This document shows, piece after piece, positions 55,147 to 64,000 of a DNA stretch of 64,000 nucleotides. Made by a program: the position numbers and the translations under genes. Source of the stretch: Eledone cirrhosa. Taxonomy: Eukaryota. The notes under the pieces were generated by a model. The model saw only the letters and a list, made by a program, of their open reading frames with translations, was not told the DNA's origin and did no database searches. The DNA lies in the NCBI GenBank assembly GCA_964016885.1, contig OZ024742.1, positions 310,124,001 through 310,188,000 of the forward strand, given 5' to 3'. Numbering within the stretch: position 1 is the stretch's first letter; every line of letters begins with the position of its first letter.

Positions 55147-56200
55147 ATTTCTTTATTTACCACAAGGGCTCACAAGAAAAGGGGACAATACAAAGACACA
55201 TGCCGGGGAATTTACATACAGTCGTGTAAAAATATTGAAACAAACAATTATAACAATCGAAATCCCCAATAAGGTGGAGGCGCCACAAATGCTGTTGTTT
55301 AATACCCCGTCGATAGAACAACCCTCAACTTCAGAAGCGTGTTGTGCAAGTGCTCCTTTCTTCCTTTTGCTCTCTTCTTCACCCTGCAGGTTTATATACA
55401 GAGAAGGCCCAATCACTCCACTCTCATTCTCCTTCTAAAGTGGTATCTAAAGAAGGGAATGAGTTGTTGTTCGGAGAGAAAGGCATCTGTCCTCAGTCCT
55501 CTCAATCTCGTCCACCATATAACCTTTTTCACCGTAGACACTATACAAAGGAAAACCGCCTCTCTTTCGTTTTTGAAAGAGGTTGGCCGTTTGTTCCTTA
55601 CTATGGACTCGGCAGTCAACTGGATTTGTCCCATACACGACAGCAGTTCTGCGTAGTTCCACAGGTCGGTTACGCCCGGGCAGTGTACAATTGTGTGCAA
55701 GACGGTTTCAATGTCCTGCTCGCATCTTGGACACGTCCTCTTGGAAGGATCCCCGTCTCGCATTGGTAGAGCTCCTCGGTAGCACTGCCAGGCCGGGGAC
55801 CTCTGGAATTTGTCCATATGTCCCGGGAAAGTCCTACCAAACAGACTGGTGAACTCGTCGTCTTCGACGCCCAAAGTCTCTCCGAGTACGTCGTCGCCCT
55901 TGTAATGTACTAACCCTCTATAGAATGTCGAAGTGCCCGCTTGCCAGAAGGCTGTGAGCGCCGGAGCGCATTCAATGTGCAGGCGCCCATCTTTTTCGGT
56001 CTGCGCTTGACCCAGGACTGCAGCTCCGTCAGCGAGACAAGTTGCGGGGAGGCCTGTCTCACAAATGGTGCCCACACCGGTTGGGTGTCGGTGCGAAATA
56101 TCTGTAGTTGCCGTTGCCTCAGTGCATGTTTGCGCATCATCAGCCACGGCATTCCCAGCCCTCCGTTGGAAGGGTGCTGACAGCAGACGGATCTCCTCAC
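55147..56200 (-). mobile_element. 5'-truncated Tx1-like LINE related to 49070-53325
   Basis: Encodes GGLGMP, CPRCEQDIETVLH...HC and KNEREAVFLC..KKVIWWTR; shares the 3' UTR. Confidence 0.88.
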
Positions 56201-56283
56201 CAGTGGATAGTTAGTTCATTGTTTTGCGATCGTTTCAGAGGGTCGATTGATCGATGGAGATCGATGTATCGACTTGCATCGAT

Positions 56284-56328
<45 letters not shown>

Positions 56329-56335
56329 CACACAA

Positions 56336-56540
<205 letters not shown>

Positions 56541-56546
56541 AAGAGA

Positions 56547-56826
56547 TGTATTGAGTACTTTACTGGCTGTGGTTACCCCCGATTGAACTCCGGACATATA
56601 TATATATATATATCTATATATACTGTATATATATAAATATTTAATATAGAAATGGCTTCTACAGGACTAGAACAGTTTCATTTGGGAGAAGTCATCAGGA
56701 GGCCCCGATGATTTCTCCCGAATGAAACAGTTCTATTCCTGTAGAAGCCATTTCTATATTAAATATTTATACTCTGCTATGTATTGAGTACCTTACTTAC
56801 TGTGGTTACCCTCCATTGAACCCGGG
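56547..56826 (+). mobile_element. H1 HHR element with inverted 5' copy plus an extra 3' fragment
   Basis: 56640-56700 (-) and 56705-56826 (+) mirror each other; 56547-56594 is a tail fragment. Confidence 0.8.
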
Positions 56827-56931
56827 CATAAACATATATATATATAAATGTATAACGAGGGAAGATTGGTAAGGAACCAGGTGGACCATAACGCACCAGA
56901 GTACTCGATACTTTGGGTAGTAGTGTGGGTA

Positions 56932-57067
56932 ATAGGAAAAGGTTCAGGACCCGGACAGCAGAGCTCAAGCCGTTTCGACGGCTATTTCTGGACTCGACTA
57001 TTTCAGTCCAGAAATAGCCGTCGAAACGGCTTGAGCTCTGCCGTTGGCGTCCTGAACCTTTTCCTAT
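56932..57067. repeat. Fold-back carrying the 3' half of a hammerhead
   Basis: Arms 56932-56994 and 57005-57067; GAAACGGC-ttGAGCTCt-GCCGTT forms stem III. Confidence 0.75.
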
Positions 57068-57093
57068 ATATATATATATATATACTATTATTA

Positions 57094-57956
57094 GATTATT
57101 TTCTAAAGTGGTCCCCGCCAGACACGAATTCAAATGATTCTATGGACATACTTTATAGTATATTGCTCTGATTATTTAATTTATTAATTCTTCATTGAGC
57201 CGCATCGTGAATGGTTGCCAAAACACATATATATTTTTGACTTTGTCTAGTTTGTGTATATGTAAATCTTTATATTTAATAATCTCCCATAAGGTTGAGA
57301 TGCAATTTTGGGCAATATTGGGCTGCGCTTTCTAGCAACCAACCCACTCGCCGTAAGTAACCAATCACATTCTTTCTGGCTTAACCACTGCCACGTCACA
57401 ATTCTTAGCCATTTTGAATTCGTGTCTGGCGGGGAAAACTTTAGAAAATAATCTGTCCTAACGAGTTTGTCTCCTGATGAGTTCGAAGCTCGAGATTTTA
57501 TCCTTAATAGGATATATCAAAATGCGAGCGAAACCCGAGGGTAGGGATATAATCCTGGTGTGTGTATAAGCATTTCTTCTAACTTTAATTTTAGACCTAA
57601 TTGTGTATGGTTGACCGTATATTTAATCGATTTCCACGTGCTGTTGAAATGTTGGGTAAGTATTCTATGGCGGTTGGCCGCGAAGAGATTGCTGTCGTTT
57701 ATTTATTTACTATTTCTTCATAGGTGCCTTTTAATCTTATAGCCTGGTCTAATTGATTTTTTGTGTGGTTAATTATGCTAATTGGGAGAGGAAATGGTGT
57801 ATATATATTATCAAATGATTCTATGGACATAATTTATAGTATATTGCTCTGATTATTTAATTTATTAATTCTTCATTGAGCCACATCGCAAATGGTTGCC
57901 AAAACACATATATATCTGTGACTTTGTCTAGTTTGTTTATATGTAAATCTTTATAT
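57094..57956 (+). mobile_element. ORF-less 681-nt HHR-containing element (retrozyme-like, family H2)
   Basis: 57130-57275 is repeated at 57811-57956 (period 681). 57094-57137 is an inverted copy of 57410-57453. One HHR per unit. Confidence 0.82.
57469..57548 (+). ncRNA. Type I hammerhead with enlarged stem II loop
   Basis: GTCTC-CTGATGA-GTTCG[39 nt]CGAGC-GAAACCC-ga-GGGTA-GGGAT. Confidence 0.8.
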
Positions 57957-58011
57957 ATATATATATATATGGGAGGAGGTTATAGTTCACTTGAAGCATT
58001 GTGTAATGAGG

Positions 58012-61000
58012 TATAAACGTTAGAATATGTGTAATAACGCCAAGACAATGCAGGTATGGACATAGAAAAAGGAATGCCATAGTGAAAGATATTGATGTGA
58101 ATTCGTCTTTCACCTTGAATTTATTTAAATGTCCTTAATTTTCGAGATAATATCTCTTCTTCGGAGGGAAGTAAAGGTCTCAAACCAGCGTCTTAAAATC
58201 TCTAATGAAGCCATGCTGACCGGAAATAGTATAGAGTATCTGTTCTAACTTTAATATCAAAGAATTAAAATTAGGTGGATAAAGAGTAGTCTCCCTTTAA
58301 GAGGGGTTTGTTTATGTTTTGTTTTTGTTTTTGTTTTGTTTTTTTAAATTATATATGCGTGCCTGTATATGTGTGTGGGAGAATGCATGAAGGTGTAGGT
58401 ATGTGGGTGTGTGTGTGTGAGTGTGGGAAGATAGGTCTAATCGTAAAAGTGGGGGGTAGGTGTTATCTGGTGTTAGAACTGGTTTTGTGTGTGTATGTGT
58501 GAGAGAGAATAAGTGGAGGTGTGCGCGTGTGTGTGTGTGGGGTGTGTAAAAATGGGGCTAGAGGCCCTATCAGGTTATAAATTGGGTGTTGAGCTCTAGT
58601 CTATTATTGATTGGTGGATGTGTTCTATCTATAATAAGTGCTTCCTTGATTCTAAGATTGCCGAGGTTTCTTTCCTTAGTTTCTATCCTAACTGTTATGT
58701 TTTTATCGGTGTTTTTGCATTTAACTAGGTGTTTCTTAAATGAGGAAGCGTTAGTATTGAGGTGTTCTTTTATTCTTATGTGGAGTGGTCTGGTGGTGCT
58801 ACCTACGTAGAAGTTGTTGCATTTGTCACACTCTAGTCTGTATACTACGTAAGCCTGGTGGCATAGGTCTGTGTCGTTGATGGGGCAGTTGGCTAGTCTG
58901 CAGCAGTTGTCATGTCTGGTGGAGTGTCTCTTAGCCAGCCGTCCGCGCAAAGAAGGACCCGAGTGGGCCAGTTGAATATCCAGACCCTCTCGTCTGATGG
59001 CTCTGCGGATGGCTGTTGTTGTTTCTTCACTGAAGTGTGGGAGCTTCAGGAAGCAAGTGTTAGTGCCTCGGGTGTGGTGTCCTCTGTTCTTTCTGGCACG
59101 GTTTGTGGTGGATGTCGTGTATCCGTTCAGTTTGAGTACTTCCAGGAAATGTGTGGTGTGTGTGTCTCGGTCTCTGGCGTCGGTGCATTTGTTCTTGATA
59201 CGTGCCAGTTCGTTCTTTATGTATCCGAACTTGGCACCGAGTGGGAGGGCCGATCTGAAATGTACGAACAGGTCCCTGCTGGCGGATTTTTTATAGAAGC
59301 AGGTGTGGATGTTGCCTTCCTCTGTTACCCTGAGTTGGAAGTCCAGCAGGGATAGGGATCTGCGGTCATCGGGGTGTTCCATGCTGAACTTTATACTGGC
59401 GTCCATGCTGGAGAATGTTGTGTATATTTTCTCTGCCTCCTCACGGGATGATGTAAGGATGAGTATGTCATCTACATATCGGGTGAAGAAGGCATGGGAA
59501 TGGCAGGTGTTGAGGGCTCGGCATTCTAGCTGGTTCATGTAAGTGATGGCCAGCAGGCCCGAGAGGCTGGATCCCATGGGTAATCCTGTTGTCTGTCTGT
59601 ATGTGTGGTGGTGGAAGGTGAAGTACGTGTTGTCTACTGTGAAGGACAAAAGCTGGTGTATGTCCGTCGGGTGGAGGCCGTAGCAGTGGATGTTGGACTT
59701 CCAACTCAGGGTAACAGAGGAAGGCAACATCCACACCTGCTTCTATAAAAAATCCGCCAGCAGGGACCTGTTCGTACATTTCAGATCGGCCCTCCCACTC
59801 GGTGCCAAGTTCGGATACATAAAGAACGAACTGGCACGTATCAAGAACAAATGCACCGACGCCAGAGACCGAGACACACACACCACACATTTCCTGGAAG
59901 TACTCAAACTGAACGGATACACGACATCCACCACAAACCGTGCCAGAAAGAACAGAGGACATCACACCCGAGGCACTAACACTTGCTTCCTGAAGCTCCC
60001 ACACTTCAGTGAAGAAACAACAACAGCCATCCGCAGAGCCATCAGACGAGAGGGTCTGGATATTCAACTGGCCCACTCGGGTCCTTCTTTGCGCGGACGG
60101 CTGGCTAAGAGACACTCCACCAGACATGACAACTGCTGCAGACTAGCCAACTGCCCCATCAACGACACAGACCTATGTCACCAGGCTTACGTAGTATACA
60201 GACTAGAGTGTGACAAATGCAACAACTTCTACGTAGGTAGCACCACCAGACCACTCCACATAAGAATAAAAGAACACCTCAATACTAACGCTTCCTCATT
60301 TAAGAAACACCTAGTAAAATGCAAAAACACCGATAAAAACATAACAGTTAGGATAGAAACTAAGGAAAGAAACCTCGGCAATCTTAGAATCAAGGAAGCA
60401 CTTATTATAGATAGAACACATCCACCAATCAATAATAGACTAGAGCTCAACACCCAATTTATAACCTGATAGGGCCTCTAGCCCCATTTTTACACACCCC
60501 ACACACACGCACGCGCACACCTCCACTTATTCTCTCTCACACATACACACACAAAACCAGTTCTAACACCAGATAACACCTACCCCCCACTTTTACGATT
60601 AGACCTATCTTCCCACACTCACACACACACACCCACATACCTACACCTTCATGCATTCTCCCACACACATATACAGGCACGCATATATAATTTAAAAAAA
60701 CAAAACAAAAACAAAAACAAAACATAAACAAACCCCTCTTAAAGGGAGACTACTCTTTATCCACCTAATTTTAATTCTTTGATATTAAAGTTAGAACAGA
60801 TACTCTATACTATTTCCGGTCAGAATGGCTTCATTAGAGATTTAAAGACGCTGGTTTGAGACCTTTACTTCCCTCCGAAGAAGAGATATTATCTCGAAAA
60901 TTAAGGACATTTAAATAAATTCAAGGTGAAAGACGAATTCACATCAATATCTTTCACTATTGCATTCTTTTTTCCATGTCCATACCTGCATTGTCTTGGC

Positions 61001-61020
61001 CTTATTACACATATTCTAAC

Positions 61021-61027
<7 letters not shown>
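58012..61027 (-). mobile_element. Young 5'-truncated PLE, family P3, with a ~1.33-kb inverted copy
   Basis: ORF 58570-59690 (-) has GLPMGSSLSG, RYVDD, LLDF and VVYRLECDKC..FYVGST.R.L..R..EH. 58012-59346 mirrors 59693-61027 with only a few substitutions. Confidence 0.95.
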
Positions 61028-61073
<46 letters not shown>

Positions 61074-61304
61074 GAAACACACAGATACATGCGGACACAC
61101 ACATATATACATGAATGCATCCGCACCCAACTGTGAGTTAAGGGTGCCAACTTCACCGATGTTGCTCAATGAATGACTGGGACAGACCAATTCAGTTTGA
61201 ACCAGACTGAACCAGTATCAGAGTTAAAAATACATTATGAAGAGAGAAGAAACATTTAGATATAATTAGTAATAAAATGTATCATACCTAAACTGTTCCT
61301 AAAT

Positions 61305-61392
61305 TCCTCGACTACGTAGTTTCGTGGCATAAACAAAAACAATATATCAAAGATATAGAGTCCTTGCGAGGTCTGCCGACTTATCAAGAGGA
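61305..61392 (-). ncRNA. Decayed type I hammerhead with long stem II
   Basis: TCCTC-TTGATAA(=CTGATGA with two transitions)-GTcGGCA...TGCCAC-GAAACTACGTAGTC-GAGGA. Confidence 0.65.
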
Positions 61393-61602
61393 TACCTCAT
61401 TTTACTAGTCTCAAGAACGCGTCTACACGACGTGAGAAAGAATCCCAAAAGGCGGAGGGGGAGATAGTCACGCGATATAACGGTCGAGAAACAGAGCTAA
61501 GCCTCTTATAACCACGAAGAAAATACCACGGAGGCGGAGGGGGTATTCATATCGAGGCCGCAGAAGAGGTAGTGAAGAAGGCGAGAAGTATGAGTAATAG
61601 AA

Positions 61603-61635
<33 letters not shown>

Positions 61636-62100
61636 AACAAAAGATGGTTAAAAGAGTTCCATGTATTTTAATATGCGCATTTCAAAAACAAATATCATCA
61701 TGCAATAATATTTGTGTTTTCATCAGATAAAACAGGAAGACATGATATGAAGGTTAAAAAAACACTTGTGGATAGTGCAGTTTTAAATCAACATATGAAA
61801 AGTAGTTTTAGATTGATGTGTGATATTGGGAAAAATATTTTATTTTGAGGGGGGTGGGGTGGGGTGGAAAGGATGAAAAAGAGGAGGAGATGAGAGTAAA
61901 AAGTGGAGAGGGAGGAGTATAATGAAGAAGGATGAGATAGGAGGAGAGATGGGTGATATAGAGAGAGAGATAGCTTTTATAACTGAGAAAAATATATTGT
62001 TTTACATAGAGAGGTTGAAAACCGTTGGAAGATGATGTATAAATTAAAAGAATTTGAAAATTAACGAAGAGAAAAATAATGTAAAGTTAAGGTTTGTATA

Positions 62101-62452
62101 TTGAAGGGTTTAATAATATTTGCGATGAAAATACAATGTTAATATGTATTAAGAATAATATTTAAGGGTTTAATAATATGTGCGATGGAAAGAAAAAGTT
62201 AATATGTATTAAGAATAATATTTAAGGGTTTAATAATATGTGCGATGGAAAGAAAAAGTTAATATGTATTAAGAATAATATTTAAGGGTTTAATAATATG
62301 TGTGATGGAAAGAAAAAGTTAATATGTATTAAGAATAATATTTAAGGGTTTAATAATATGTGCGATGGAAAGAAAAAGTTAATATGTATTAAGAATAATA
62401 TTTAAGGGTTTAATAATATGTGTGATGGAAATACAATGTTGATATGTATTAT
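62101..62452. repeat. 60-bp minisatellite, about 6 copies
   Basis: tttaagggtttaataatatgtgcgatggaaagaaaaagttaatatgtattaagaataata in 60-bp register. Confidence 0.95.
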
Positions 62453-62546
62453 TAAAGTAAGGATATATTATCCGATATCTGCATTGCTTTATTGTACTAC
62501 AATAAAACTCACCTCCTACATTATATATATATATTTTTTGATACCC

Positions 62547-62597
62547 AGATTCCTGATGATTTCTAAAGAATGAAACAGTTCTAGTCCTGTAGAATCT
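62547..62597 (+). ncRNA. Complete type I hammerhead of family H1 (element extends to about 62673)
   Basis: AGATTC-CTGATGA-tTTC-taaa-GAAt-GAAACAG-ttctagtc-CTGTA-GAATCT. Confidence 0.85.
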
Positions 62598-62679
62598 CAT
62601 CTATATTAAAACTTTTATACTCTGCAATGTATTGAGTACCTTACTTACTGTGGTTACCTCCGATTCAACCCGGAATAAC

Positions 62680-62757
<78 letters not shown>

Positions 62758-62791
62758 CGTTTCCCTGTGGTGTTATGTAATTCGTTTACTT

Positions 62792-62881
<90 letters not shown>

Positions 62882-63176
62882 CTATATATATCCACACGTA
62901 TAGTTATATACAAATACACCGCCTGTCTAATGTACGTACAACATAACAAATATTGTGTATCAAACAAGTTAAAAAACAACAACAATAAAACCCCGAAAAT
63001 GTGGAATAATTTACAATTGTTATTTTACACGAGGTAGGTAAATGTATATAAGGTCATCTGGAGTTATCGCACCTTCCGTCGGACAGACAGACAGACAGAC
63101 AGACAGACAGAATGCTACAGGCAGAGTTTGGTTTGTTCGTTTTCCATTAGAGACCAGTATTCCACATCCAAATATA

Positions 63177-64000
63177 CTTAGTCACACGCATACTCTCATA
63201 CACACATCCTTACAGTCATACGCATACTCTCATACACACATCCTTACAGTCACACGCATACACTCATACACACATCCTTACAGTCACACGCACACATTCA
63301 TTACACACATCCTTACAGTCACACGCATACTCTCATACACACATCCTTACAGTCATACGCATACTCTCATACACACATCCTTACAGTCACACGCATACAT
63401 TCATACACACATCCTTACAGTCACACGCATACATTCATACACACATCTTTACAGTCACACGCATACACTCATACACACATCCTTACAGTCACACGCACAC
63501 ATTCATACACACATCCTTACAGTCACACGCACACATTCATACACACATCCTTACTGTCACACGCACACATTCATATACACATCCTTACAATCACACGCAC
63601 ACATTCATTACACACATCCTTAAACACTCACACACGCACACATTCATACACACATCCTTACAGTCACACGCACACACTCATACACACATCCTTACAGTCA
63701 CACGCATACACTCATACACACATTCTTACAGTCACACGCACACATTCATTACACACATCCTTACAGTCATACGCACACATTCATACACACATCTTTACAG
63801 TCACACGCACACACTCATACACACATCCTTACAGTCACACGCATACACTCATACACACATTCTTACAGTCACACGCACACATTCATTACACACATCCTTA
63901 CAGTCATACGCACACATTCATACACACATCTTTACAGTCATACGCACACATTCATACACACATCTTTACAGTCACACGCACACACTCATACACACATCCT
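63177..64000. repeat. 34-35-bp minisatellite (about 24 copies, runs off the window)
   Basis: Unit atccttacagtcacacgcatacactcatacacac. Confidence 0.95.

Noticed and set aside
58912-60127. Antisense ORFs inside the PLE palindrome and the MWMLPSS start of ORF 58570-59736
   Set aside because: Shadow frames and read-through across the inversion junction.
62101-64000. Regular repeats as a possible CRISPR-like array
   Set aside because: Units are contiguous with no unique spacers; these are ordinary minisatellites in eukaryotic DNA.

Overview
AT-rich, microsatellite-dense animal genomic DNA. The SINE types suggest an octopus-like cephalopod, but that is inference only. No host gene is confidently supported; there is one candidate 120-bp exon. 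Most listed ORFs are microsatellite artefacts. The window is built from transposable elements: 5'-truncated Penelope-like elements (PLEs, RT + GIY-YIG) of three families, two of them as large fold-backs; R4/Dong-like RLE LINEs; Tx1/L1 LINEs; CRE-like and RTE-like remnants; about 15 tRNA-derived Nin/Deu-type SINEs; several MITEs; and a non-autonomous Helitron. The main hidden signal is a dense set of type I hammerhead ribozyme (HHR) motifs from about 10 unrelated families. Two of these sit in ORF-less, tandem or circularly permuted units of 545 nt (27636-28845) and 681 nt (57094-57956, second copy 3921-4588). They look like PLE-mobilised retrozymes copied from circular or concatemeric RNA. All alignments and folds were done by eye, so coordinates may be off by a few bases.
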